A stretch of 64,000 nucleotides of DNA from positions 128,001 through 192,000 of the IMG/VR virus record IMGVR_UViG_3300047469_000103. One strand, 5' to 3'. The notes beneath the pieces are model-generated. The model searched no databases, was not told the origin of the DNA, and was given only the letters and a program-made list of their open reading frames with translations. The translations under genes were made by a program, and so were the position numbers. The stretch is from a virus (lineage: Duplodnaviria > Caudoviricetes). Every line of letters starts with the position of its first letter. Positions within the stretch are counted from its first letter, which is position 1. Of the stretch, positions 42,996 to 51,611 are shown piece after piece.

Positions 42996-43677
42996 TCGGC
43001 CCGTCAAAGTCTGTTAGTGCATCGGGAAGCCACGGAATTGCATTCGTCATACACTCCGCGTTGCCGCAATCGCCCATGATCGAATCACCGGTGACGAAAT
43101 TCACACGCATCATCACGCGGTACGGTGTGCGCTCGCCAATCAACGGGAAATCGGCGTAAACGTAAAACCATCCGAATTCATCGACTTCACCACGGATGAA
43201 AGACGGACGCCCATGCAACTGCTTTTCCTGCACATGATTCCCGAGGAAATTTATGTACATGTTCGGCATGTGCGGACTTACGACTTCGCCGTGATGCAAC
43301 TGCGCAAAAGTTCGAACACTTTGCAGCATGAAAAGATGGTACGCATATTTCAGCAACGAGAGTCCCGAACCACGAACAGTCCAGTTATCCCACGGGCCGG
43401 AAAGCTGCGAACAGATTGCGTTCGGATGCGAGCGCATGTCTGCCATGTTGCGCTTGGACAGACCGCCGAATGCTTCCATGTCAGTTTTAAAACGTTCGTG
43501 CAATGTCGAGATTTTGTCACCCGTCATAAACGCATGCAAAACATCCTTCACGTACTTACGAACAAGTGGTTCGATCCATGCAGGATTCGCCGGGGGAACT
43601 TTGAGCGCAATCTGAATATCAGGATGGCCCATCGGCGGCATTCGTTCTTCAGAATCTGCCAGCACAACATTTAACAT
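42982..43677 (-). CDS. hypothetical protein
   Basis: 231-aa ORF in gene chain. Confidence 0.8.
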   Translation of the reverse strand: MLNVVLADSEERMPPMGHPDIQIALKVPPANPAWIEPLVRKYVKDVLHAFMTGDKISTLHERFKTDMEAFGGLSKRNMADMRSHPNAICSQLSGPWDNWTVRGSGLSLLKYAYHLFMLQSVRTFAQLHHGEVVSPHMPNMYINFLGNHVQEKQLHGRPSFIRGEVDEFGWFYVYADFPLIGERTPYRVMMRVNFVTGDSIMGDCGNAECMTNAIPWLPDALTDFDGPIVER

Positions 43678-43680
43678 TTT

Positions 43681-44235
43681 TCACCGTCCGCTTCGACCGG
43701 GCGTTCGTTTGATAGATCGCTCACTAAGAAGCAACCCGTTGTAGTTCATCCACATGGAATCTTTACCGCACTTTTTGCACTCGTAAAGAAACACATTAAT
43801 CGTCGCCTCTTCCAGCAGCAAAGGCTGTGCTGGAGGATCGGTTCGATGTTTATTACAGAACGGACAAAGTAAATCGTCAATTCCGCGTGCGTCTTTGCCG
43901 GGTAATCCGCGAATGCTTGCGCCGCAATCCCCTCTTGCCCCCTGCACACCGGGCGGGCCGGGCATACCTGTTGGCCCAGTTGGCCCCGTGAAATACTTGC
44001 GAATCTTTTCGATCAAAGTATCAGGCTTGCATACAAAACCAATGTACACGCCTTTGTTCATCGCATGGCGAATGGCACAGTCTTCAGCAGATTGGCGAGC
44101 GTCGAAATCCGAATCGTAATCATCGGAACTTTCCAATTCTTGCTCGTATTGAACGTCGAAAATTGCTCGCCATGAAAACCAGCTTTTTGCTTGTGGGATA
44201 TAACCCCCACGAGTATCAAGTACGCGAGTTTGCAT
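43681..44235 (-). CDS. protein with collagen-like Gly-X-Y run and C-terminal zinc ribbon
   Basis: GPTGPTGMPGPPGVQGARGDCGAS; CPFC...ECKKC. Confidence 0.8.
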   Translation of the reverse strand: MQTRVLDTRGGYIPQAKSWFSWRAIFDVQYEQELESSDDYDSDFDARQSAEDCAIRHAMNKGVYIGFVCKPDTLIEKIRKYFTGPTGPTGMPGPPGVQGARGDCGASIRGLPGKDARGIDDLLCPFCNKHRTDPPAQPLLLEEATINVFLYECKKCGKDSMWMNYNGLLLSERSIKRTPGRSGR

Positions 44236-44237
44236 TT

Positions 44238-44531
44238 TTACACCTGCTTTGTGGCGTCGAAAATGTGCCAGATCAAAGCGCCGCCCGCTTCTTGCACAGT
44301 GCCGAGGAATTTACCCGGACGCGACTCGACAGCATGGTTAGGGCCGGTGCCCATCAAACGGATTTTACGGTGCTGGAAATGTGTGCTGGTTTCGTCGATC
44401 AATGCCCACAGTTGCAGGTTGTCTCGATGGTTGTGATCCTTCTGGAATTGCACAGAAAGAATCTCAGCACCGAACGGCATCATGATTTCCTGTTCTTCGG
44501 TGATTTGCAGCGGGTATTTTCCTACGATCAT
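44238..44531 (-). CDS. hypothetical beta-rich phage protein
   Basis: KYPL...MPFGAEILSVQ...LWALID...GTG...FLGTVQ...WHIF. Confidence 0.8.
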   Translation of the reverse strand: MIVGKYPLQITEEQEIMMPFGAEILSVQFQKDHNHRDNLQLWALIDETSTHFQHRKIRLMGTGPNHAVESRPGKFLGTVQEAGGALIWHIFDATKQV

Positions 44532-44902
44532 TTTTTGCCCCCGTGGGTATTGATGAATTTGCGAATGTGTTCCTCAAACAGCGCAGGAAGATCAGCAATT
44601 TTTCCGTTGCGGTACTGGTCAGGATAATGCTCGATGACTTCCCCGTTACGCGAGAACGCAGAGAAATCCATCAGACCAAATTCCACAACGATATACAGTT
44701 CTTCGCTGTACGCCCATTCGAACATGATGCGCTTGTTTGAATCTGGTGTTACTTCGAAAACTTTACCGCGACAAAGATCGGGAAACTTTTCAAACATATC
44801 ACGTGCGGTTTGCATCACAGCACCGGGCAACGCATCAGCGCCGTGTCCATCCCAGTCGTCAAAGCTGCAATGCGTCCAAATGAAATCAAGATCAACCATC
44901 AA
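44528..44902 (-). CDS. hypothetical protein (WDG.GA...FEW type)
   Basis: DDWDGHGADAL...VTPDSNKRIMFEW. Confidence 0.8.
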   Translation of the reverse strand: MMVDLDFIWTHCSFDDWDGHGADALPGAVMQTARDMFEKFPDLCRGKVFEVTPDSNKRIMFEWAYSEELYIVVEFGLMDFSAFSRNGEVIEHYPDQYRNGKIADLPALFEEHIRKFINTHGGKK

Positions 44903-45108
44903 ATCATTCCTTCAAACCGCAGCACGATGTTGTTCCTATCAGCGCCACGCGGGTAAACTTTTGCACGCATTTTTCTGTAGGCTTTCCAGTATGCTTTGCG
45001 TGTGTGAATATCGGTATTCAGCCTGTCGCCAACATTGTCGAGAAAACCTTTGGTAATCGCGGTTGTTTGTTGGCGATAAGATTCTGCGAGTTGGTATGTC
45101 GTACTCAT
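44899..45108 (-). CDS. hypothetical protein
   Basis: ORF after an intergenic hairpin. Confidence 0.75.
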   Translation of the reverse strand: MSTTYQLAESYRQQTTAITKGFLDNVGDRLNTDIHTRKAYWKAYRKMRAKVYPRGADRNNIVLRFEGMI

Positions 45109-45128
45109 TACCAGTTCCCTTTGTAGTA

Positions 45129-45144
45129 GGGCCGTCCGTGGCCC
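45129..45144 (-). repeat. family-3 hairpin GGGCC-ACGGAC-GGCCC
   Basis: Identical 14-mer at 50539..50552; no U-tract. Confidence 0.7.
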
Positions 45145-45150
45145 ATTCGT

Positions 45151-46173
45151 TTATTTGGTGACTGCGATTTCGTCCATCGTAATCACAGTGTATTCCGGTT
45201 CGATACCGCTTTCACCTTCGCCACTGTCGCATGCGCCTTCTTCGTCATAAATCCGCTGCGGTTTGTGCGTGATGGATTGTTGAAACCACGCCCACGCCAA
45301 CGAATCATGAATCAAAACTGTGCGGTTTTCTTCACGGACATGCGGACACAATTCGTTGAGAATCGAAGTGAACGTATCCAGAGAAAACATATGGAAATCT
45401 ACGCCGAGACGAACAGGGTGCATCGACTGTCGATCAAAGTGCGAGTACCGTGTTTTGTACGCTCGAAAAGTTTTCATCGCATCGAGAACTGTCGGCGCAG
45501 CTTTCTTCATAGTTTCAGAAACGCGCATCTGTCCGCGACCAGAACCGCTGACGGAAAATGTCGGAGAAATGTCGTCGCCGTCATCGTCGAGTTCGCCGTC
45601 TTCCCACAAGTTTTCTTTGCGGAAACGTGCTTGCAATTCGCGATTGTCAATCAACCGACCGAAGCGGCGCGTCTCACCGTAGAATGCGTAAGGGCGAATG
45701 CGTTCTTTGTAGTTTTTCCACTCTTCAAACATCGCGCCCATTGCGTATTGGCTAATGTGTTCGTCGGGGAAAAGAATGTGCGCTTCGCGGCGCGGCAGGC
45801 TGCGGCGATGGTCGATGTTGTTACCGACTTTTTCAATTACTTGTGCGAAGCGGTGGTACAGAATGTCTTTGATGTAGCCGAGTTCGGGCGTGAAAATAAT
45901 ATGCCCGGAAAAAACGATCTTGTTAAACAGCGCAACGATTTCTTCTTCGGTCGTATCGAGGCCGATGCACAGGATTTCCTGCGGCACATTGCCTTTCATG
46001 TAATTCGCTACACGGGCTTGCGCACTGCCTGCGGTGGTGCTGAAAACAATTGCGTTTGTTGTAACGCCTTCACCGATAGGGCCGTTAATGCTGTAGCCCA
46101 TGATGATTGCTTTGGTGGCAGTTTCATACAGTGCTTCATTTTCAAACGTGGTAAAACCGATTTTATGTTGCAT
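45151..46173 (-). CDS. hypothetical protein
   Basis: 340 aa; start reassigned to ATG 46173 behind AAGGA. Confidence 0.8.
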   Translation of the reverse strand: MQHKIGFTTFENEALYETATKAIIMGYSINGPIGEGVTTNAIVFSTTAGSAQARVANYMKGNVPQEILCIGLDTTEEEIVALFNKIVFSGHIIFTPELGYIKDILYHRFAQVIEKVGNNIDHRRSLPRREAHILFPDEHISQYAMGAMFEEWKNYKERIRPYAFYGETRRFGRLIDNRELQARFRKENLWEDGELDDDGDDISPTFSVSGSGRGQMRVSETMKKAAPTVLDAMKTFRAYKTRYSHFDRQSMHPVRLGVDFHMFSLDTFTSILNELCPHVREENRTVLIHDSLAWAWFQQSITHKPQRIYDEEGACDSGEGESGIEPEYTVITMDEIAVTK

Positions 46174-46253
46174 GATTCTTCCTTTGCGCTTTCCACGCAT
46201 AAGTTAGATAAGTTTCTCTGTGCTTTCCGCACACGAGTATTGCGTTTGTTACG

Positions 46254-46382
46254 TCACTGTTTCTTGTCGTCCTCCCGCTTGCGCTTTTCCTCTTCTTGGC
46301 GCTTCTGCAATTCACGCATTGCGCGGCCTTCGTTCGCTTCTCTGCGTTCGCGGATATTCGCTACGCCCGGTTGTTCAAACAT
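46254..46382 (-). CDS. 42-aa charged helical microprotein
   Basis: MFEQPGVANIRERRE...; ATG overlaps the upstream stop, AAGG RBS. Confidence 0.55.
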   Translation of the reverse strand: MFEQPGVANIRERREANEGRAMRELQKRQEEEKRKREDDKKQ

Positions 46383-46638
46383 CGTCGCCCACCTTATCAA
46401 ACAGTACGGAATTAAATGCGATATCAGGGAAGCCATCCAGATATAATTTGGTGTGCCAGCTATGCACGCAAGCATCGGCCACTGTGTAAATTGCACCGGC
46501 AGTCAAATGCGTGTTGGCACTTTCCACTTCACCGGGCCAGCCACCTTCGGCCATGTAACGAACTTCGTCGCCGGTTTCGATACGCTCTTCGTCGCCATCA
46601 AAATCATCGTCGATTTCAAATTCATTCATCTTTTTCAC
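46375..46638 (-). CDS. hypothetical SH3-like protein
   Basis: ETGDEVRY...LTAGAIYTV...FPDIAFNSVLF. Confidence 0.75.
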   Translation of the reverse strand: MKKMNEFEIDDDFDGDEERIETGDEVRYMAEGGWPGEVESANTHLTAGAIYTVADACVHSWHTKLYLDGFPDIAFNSVLFDKVGDDV

Positions 46639-46915
46639 CCGCGAATTGTTGCACAGGATTGACGCAGTTTTGAACCACGTGTTCCGCTTCTGCGTAGGAG
46701 AAATTCAGGGATGGAATCATCGGGCGCTCACTTGGGATAACGGGCATCCAACGATCTTCTGGTGGATTGTTGAAATGAGCCAACATTACTTCAACCAATT
46801 TTGCAGCGTCTTCGAATTCCACACACGGCAAAGCGTACAGCATCACGTAATCGGGTTTGATATCGTGAATGCTACGGTCGGGCCAGACTAAATGACCTTT
46901 CGTATCGTAGCCCAT
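46622..46915 (-). CDS. hypothetical protein (start uncertain)
   Basis: ATG 46915 (MGYDTKG); frame is open further upstream. Confidence 0.65.
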   Translation of the reverse strand: MGYDTKGHLVWPDRSIHDIKPDYVMLYALPCVEFEDAAKLVEVMLAHFNNPPEDRWMPVIPSERPMIPSLNFSYAEAEHVVQNCVNPVQQFAGEKDE

Positions 46916-46961
46916 TTGCTTGTGCAAACTTCCATGCTGTTTGAACTTTATTTCTTCGGGA

Positions 46962-47366
46962 TCAAGGACGAAACAAACCCAAATTCGCTGGGTTAATTTC
47001 CACTTGATACATCGCGTCGCTCGTAATCCGTTGGTGGTTTTGCGGTGGCGCAGGTTCGGACGCATGACTCATTCCCATTGAAAAAGTTGGTTGCTTGTTA
47101 TTGGCAGCTTCGATTTCTTTCCACATCGCCGGGTGCATGAAAAGCTTGCCGTCAGTCTTGATGATTTGACGCGATGGAACTTCATACGAAATATGGTTGA
47201 AGCGTTTCGCTTTCTTCCACATTTTTCGATGCGCCCACTTGCGTTCTTGCGTGCGGTGTTTCGTTTCAGTCAGCATGGCATTCAGATGCACGCGGAAACC
47301 GTTAAGTTTCAGCAGCATGTCGCCGGGATATACGTTGCCGTTTCTGTCTGGATAAACATCATTCAT
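46962..47366 (-). CDS. hypothetical protein
   Basis: Start reassigned to ATG 47366 (MNDVYP) overlapping the upstream stop. Confidence 0.75.
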   Translation of the reverse strand: MNDVYPDRNGNVYPGDMLLKLNGFRVHLNAMLTETKHRTQERKWAHRKMWKKAKRFNHISYEVPSRQIIKTDGKLFMHPAMWKEIEAANNKQPTFSMGMSHASEPAPPQNHQRITSDAMYQVEINPANLGLFRP

Positions 47367-47544
47367 ATTCTGGAATCTCCAGTGTGGTTTCACGGCGTCC
47401 GCATGCGAAAACCAAACGACCGTTTCCGTCAACGCTCACGTCTACATCTTGCATGTCATGAAAACCCACGTTCAAATATTGCAACGCGGATTTCATTTCA
47501 TCGTAGAGTTCCTGCATGGTCATTGATTCAGGCATATTTTGCAC
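47359..47544 (-). CDS. hypothetical protein
   Basis: ORF in gene chain; exact start uncertain. Confidence 0.7.
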   Translation of the reverse strand: MQNMPESMTMQELYDEMKSALQYLNVGFHDMQDVDVSVDGNGRLVFACGRRETTLEIPEYE

Positions 47545-47968
47545 ACGCCTTCACAATGGATTGCCACGCGTCGAGGCCGTCCATTTCTTCGAAGCCTTCG
47601 AATGGGACTGTCGCGATTCCGGCCATGAGTTTCTTGCAGCGCTCAGGTTCGTATTGTTCCAGAATTTCCAGAACTTTATCACGCACGTTGAACCACTCAT
47701 TCAGCGAATTGCGGGCACTGTAGCTGGCGCGTAGAACCGTAGCCATGCGGGAGTGATTCTTTTTGATATCGACAATCGCAAGCAACGTCTGGTCAATCGC
47801 ACGACCGTTTTTGTACGTCTTGCAGTCTTCAACAAAGTTGACGACAAGCCGTGCAAAATTACGCGAGGCAGTCGGTTCGTCGGATTCAGCCAGCACACAG
47901 ATTTCCGCAATAACTTCAGCATCAGACAGGCGCGTATATTCTGCGAAGAAAATATCGTCCTTGTCCAT
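47528..47968 (-). CDS. hypothetical helical protein
   Basis: ORF in gene chain. Confidence 0.8.
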   Translation of the reverse strand: MDKDDIFFAEYTRLSDAEVIAEICVLAESDEPTASRNFARLVVNFVEDCKTYKNGRAIDQTLLAIVDIKKNHSRMATVLRASYSARNSLNEWFNVRDKVLEILEQYEPERCKKLMAGIATVPFEGFEEMDGLDAWQSIVKACAKYA

Positions 47969-48270
47969 TAGATCACCGAGCCGATGCTGCTGGTTACATG
48001 ATTGAGAACACGGCGAATATCGTCGATGTTTTTAATCAGATGTTTTTCCATCGCTTCTACGCTCATTTCCCAACCGAAGCGCGGGTCGTTGTCGCTATCC
48101 CACATGCAATGGCCGAAGAAATAAACGCCGTAGTCGCTGCCCACGTAACGGATTTCCACAAGCGGAACAAAACGCTCCAGTTCGTTAGGCAGGCCGTCGA
48201 AAACAAACTTGTTATTCACGTTGTCCACAGCCGCAAAAAGAACTTCGCGCAGAGATTGGGATTCGGTCAT
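47968..48270 (-). CDS. hypothetical protein
   Basis: ORF in gene chain. Confidence 0.8.
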   Translation of the reverse strand: MTESQSLREVLFAAVDNVNNKFVFDGLPNELERFVPLVEIRYVGSDYGVYFFGHCMWDSDNDPRFGWEMSVEAMEKHLIKNIDDIRRVLNHVTSSIGSVI

Positions 48271-48275
48271 GGCGA

Positions 48276-48722
48276 TTACTCGATGGTTTTTAATTGGTCA
48301 ATTGTGCGCCGTTTCATGCGTTTCAAAACGAGCAACGCGTTGTAATCCAGATCGTCAACTTTATCCCAATCTGGTTTGTCGTTTGCGTACTTCACAGGAT
48401 CAGTCAAAAGCAGCAGGTTATATTCCGCTTGTAAATCTTCGACTTCCATACGCAATTGTGAAAGCGTGGTGCCGTAAACAACCATGCGGGTAAACAGCGC
48501 AACCGGAGCGCCCATGAACCATTCAGAAACCGCGCTGCAACGGCCACAAGTCCAGTGCATAAAATCAGTACCTTCCTGATAATCTGCTGCACTTTTTTCC
48601 ATTTCGTAAGCGGTGTAAGAATGGCTCCAACCTTCACAGCAAACGCATTTCACGGAAGCGCTGCGGGGCGTGGGTTGTGGCTTTGTCGCGAACAAACTTT
48701 TCAGCCAGCCGAAACCTCTCAC
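48276..48722 (-). CDS. zinc-ribbon protein
   Basis: CVCCEG...HWTCGRCSAVSEW. Confidence 0.75.
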   Translation of the reverse strand: MRGFGWLKSLFATKPQPTPRSASVKCVCCEGWSHSYTAYEMEKSAADYQEGTDFMHWTCGRCSAVSEWFMGAPVALFTRMVVYGTTLSQLRMEVEDLQAEYNLLLLTDPVKYANDKPDWDKVDDLDYNALLVLKRMKRRTIDQLKTIE

Positions 48723-49021
48723 AACGCAATCCCCAGTTTGTGGCAGAGACGGTTGATATCCGCCATCGTTCCAGTGTCCGCGCCGTCGATGATTTTTTGC
48801 GCTTGCAGGGTTTCCGTCAGCAGGCGTTCAAGTTCAACTTTTGCGCTGTACAAAGTCGGCGTGTCGGTAATCAAACTCGGTTTATTGATCGCGTTAATAT
48901 CGTCAAGCAACGCGATGCGGTGCAGCAAACGGTCGAGGTTTCCAGTGGCACGAATCACCGCCGACCGGGCGCGACTCATGTTCATATTTTCCGGGGAGAA
49001 ATCGTCGTCATCGAAATTCAT
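48719..49021 (-). CDS. hypothetical helical protein
   Basis: ORF in gene chain. Confidence 0.75.
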   Translation of the reverse strand: MNFDDDDFSPENMNMSRARSAVIRATGNLDRLLHRIALLDDINAINKPSLITDTPTLYSAKVELERLLTETLQAQKIIDGADTGTMADINRLCHKLGIAL

Positions 49022-49025
49022 GGTT

Positions 49026-49304
49026 TCACCATTGGTTTATTTGGATCGGTGCCAGATTGAGGGCCAGCACTTCGTTAACAATTCCTTGCAGATATTCACG
49101 CGAATAATCTTCGGTGTCTTCTTCAGGAAGTTCGTAGTTTTTACTACTCTGTGCATACGTCACACATTCACGGATCAAACCCCACGGCATATGCGGGATG
49201 CGCAAAATGACAGCATGCAATTCACCGACAGCCGTTGTGTAAGCGGGCAGCAGTCCGGCACGTTCTGCATGACTGGTCGTCTGAAACAGAACTAAATAAT
49301 TCAT
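49026..49304 (-). CDS. hypothetical protein
   Basis: ORF in gene chain. Confidence 0.75.
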   Translation of the reverse strand: MNYLVLFQTTSHAERAGLLPAYTTAVGELHAVILRIPHMPWGLIRECVTYAQSSKNYELPEEDTEDYSREYLQGIVNEVLALNLAPIQINQW

Positions 49305-50215
49305 TTGATTGGAAGCGTCACTTGCACAGTCGAGTCGAGAACTTCCGGTTGATTACGCCCGGTGTTTTTCGAGAAGTGGAATTGCGAACCGCAAACCTTG
49401 CAAGTTACTTTGCGATAATATGTATCATCATCGCGGCACCAATTGCCAGTGTCGGAGGTGCATTCTTCGGAACAGGATTCAGACGGATGGTCGCAGTGCG
49501 ATGCAATTTCTTTGATTGCAGATTTCGCACGTTCGATGATTTCTTGCTGCTTTATAATCGCCTGAGAAAGCATGCTACCGATAAGTTTTGCAGGCGCAGC
49601 GGTTGCGGCTTTTGCAGACAGCCAATGCGGCAAAACAAAATTGTACAAATCGCGACCGGGTTGGCTGTGCATAAACGCAGCGGCCATTTCCATACGATGT
49701 TTGCATTCGATCCAGACTTGCTCTTCCTTCATGTGCGTCCGTGGATGTTGCAGGAATGCAGGAAAAAGAATAATTGCATCACGCGCATAATGTACGCAGA
49801 TGCGACCGGCTGGTGTACTCCACTTACCCGTGTGGTGGAAGAAATCTTTCAGGAATTTTTTATCTACGTTGTACGACTCAGGAATTTCGTCGATCAGCGC
49901 AATTGATTCTTCCGTGCCGGGAGTCGTGCGTGCATTGGTATGGGCAATCACGTGGCAAATTGTCGCCTGCATTACGCCCATTTTCATTTCGTCGGGAATA
50001 TCTACGCGGGCGCTGCCTTTGCTAATGATCGTAGCCAGAACGTGCGCGGCTGCAATCACGGCATGGAACGTGAATTGGGAACCGGTGGCGAACCACAAAC
50101 CATACGCGAAATTTGCATTGTAATCACGTAGGAAAGATTCGCTTTCGACGATGCTCCAAGTGCGATGGCCTTCGGAGTCTTCGCCGGTGTGAACGCTTAC
50201 GCTAATGTTGCTCAT
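49301..50215 (-). CDS. hypothetical protein with C-terminal Cys/His zinc-binding module
   Basis: Start at ATGA overlap 50215; HCDHP...TCKVCG. Confidence 0.8.
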   Translation of the reverse strand: MSNISVSVHTGEDSEGHRTWSIVESESFLRDYNANFAYGLWFATGSQFTFHAVIAAAHVLATIISKGSARVDIPDEMKMGVMQATICHVIAHTNARTTPGTEESIALIDEIPESYNVDKKFLKDFFHHTGKWSTPAGRICVHYARDAIILFPAFLQHPRTHMKEEQVWIECKHRMEMAAAFMHSQPGRDLYNFVLPHWLSAKAATAAPAKLIGSMLSQAIIKQQEIIERAKSAIKEIASHCDHPSESCSEECTSDTGNWCRDDDTYYRKVTCKVCGSQFHFSKNTGRNQPEVLDSTVQVTLPIK

Positions 50216-50517
50216 GCCTTTTCCCCTCGTGCGCAAAATATGCAGGTGAATGCGCGTTTGTCACCAGTGAATTCGTTTCTGCAATCGTGGCACGTGCCGA
50301 GGTAAGAACCGGGCGCGTAACCAGCGCTATGCAGTTGTGGAATTTGTGCGCCGAAACATGCAATTTCAGCAGTCACAATATCAGGAATCAAACGCTCCAT
50401 ATCTTCCGGGGTATTCGCTTTGTAAAGTGCGAGATACTTTTGTCGTGCCTCTTTGTGTGCGTCAAAGTTGTACGCAGAAGCATCCAGCCAAACGAAAAGA
50501 CGATCCCAATTTGTCAT
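50212..50517 (-). CDS. zinc-finger protein
   Basis: GYAPGSYLGTCHDC...FTCIFC. Confidence 0.75.
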   Translation of the reverse strand: MTNWDRLFVWLDASAYNFDAHKEARQKYLALYKANTPEDMERLIPDIVTAEIACFGAQIPQLHSAGYAPGSYLGTCHDCRNEFTGDKRAFTCIFCARGEKA

Positions 50518-50538
50518 TTTTATTATCCGTTAAGTGGT

Positions 50539-50552
50539 GGCCGTCCGTGGCC
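50539..50552 (-). repeat. family-3 hairpin GGCC-ACGGAC-GGCC
   Basis: Identical to 45130..45143; intergenic. Confidence 0.7.
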
Positions 50553-50562
50553 GGGAATCCTT

Positions 50563-50853
50563 TTACTCTTCGTCGTCGAAGGCGTAGATAAACGCGCCGC
50601 CGGAGAACGCGAGGTTTTCACCGAAACCGATAAACGCTTCAGTTTCTGCGTAGAAAGTTTTCAGTGCATTGCCAACGAAATAGGTACATTCGATTTGCAA
50701 CGGGCAGCCTTCGTTATCAACCAGTTTGGTTACGGTCATTGCAACGTTACCGTTACGCACAGCCGTCAACGCGCCCACATACGGGGTCATGTTTTCCAGC
50801 ACTGCGTCTTCGGCTTCGGTTGCTTCGACGTTTTGGTTTTCAACTTCAGACAT
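50563..50853 (-). CDS. acidic hypothetical protein
   Basis: Start reassigned to ATG 50853 (MSEVEN) behind GGAG. Confidence 0.75.
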   Translation of the reverse strand: MSEVENQNVEATEAEDAVLENMTPYVGALTAVRNGNVAMTVTKLVDNEGCPLQIECTYFVGNALKTFYAETEAFIGFGENLAFSGGAFIYAFDDEE

Positions 50854-50866
50854 TTTCAACTCCATT

Positions 50867-51232
50867 TTAACGACGTTTTTTGGTCTTGCGGTTTTGCCGC
50901 TGCTGTTGACGAATGCGGGCACTCGCTACAGCAGAAAGCATTTCGGGAGTAAACGTAGGCGCTTGGCCTTCGCTCACTGCAATTTCGTTAAGCATTGCGC
51001 TCAGTTCAACTTTGCCAGCGTTGCGGGCCAGTGCATCCATCAAATCGTGTTTTTCCGTCAGTTCGGATTCTTCGATGGTTACGTTAGCGCTGATTTCTAC
51101 CGGCTCTTTGAGGTATGGCATTTCGTCAACGTGAATAATGTGCGGAGTCTCACCACGCAGGCGCGGGGCCGGGGCATTCTCTTCGGATTCGGCGTTGATC
51201 GCAGCCAACAGGTTCGGGTCGATTTCTTGCAT
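50867..51232 (-). CDS. hypothetical protein, acidic body and basic tail
   Basis: Start reassigned to ATG 51232 behind GGAG. Confidence 0.75.
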   Translation of the reverse strand: MQEIDPNLLAAINAESEENAPAPRLRGETPHIIHVDEMPYLKEPVEISANVTIEESELTEKHDLMDALARNAGKVELSAMLNEIAVSEGQAPTFTPEMLSAVASARIRQQQRQNRKTKKRR

Positions 51233-51233
51233 G

Positions 51234-51611
51234 TTAATTACGCTCCAGAAAAATAGGTTTGTTTGAATTGCCTTGCAGTTGCACCACATACGAATAGCCG
51301 TCGCCGCTTTTGCTTTTCGTCGTGCGCACAACGCGCAATTTCAAATGATGTTCGAAGCTACCGAGTTCGACCAGCAGCGTTTTGCTCAGGTCGAGCGCTC
51401 GTTGATGTGAAAACAATTCCAGCACGAGTAAAAGGTTATCTTTCTTCCCGGCTTTTTCAGCACTGCGCACTTTGTACTGCACCAATTCACAGGCATGAAA
51501 TCCACGCTTGTCGATCAGGCGGATGATTGGCAGTGCGCCCTTGCCCACCTGATAGTTGCACATAAACAAAGTGGCAATCAGATATTTCAGAATTTCAGTT
51601 TCGTTTTGCAT
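51234..51611 (-). CDS. hypothetical protein
   Basis: ORF in gene chain. Confidence 0.75.
   Translation of the reverse strand: MQNETEILKYLIATLFMCNYQVGKGALPIIRLIDKRGFHACELVQYKVRSAEKAGKKDNLLLVLELFSHQRALDLSKTLLVELGSFEHHLKLRVVRTTKSKSGDGYSYVVQLQGNSNKPIFLERN

Noticed and set aside
46174-46253. Read-through or alternative ORF after the TGA at 46254
   Set aside because: Frames stay open briefly but have no RBS, slippery site or recognisable product
45265-46446. 393-aa plus-strand ORF, and similar ones at 4476, 5935, 9366, 24772, 31970, 55936 and 60832
   Set aside because: All lie opposite well-formed minus-strand genes and lack RBS or motifs; no plus-strand gene is supported anywhere in the window
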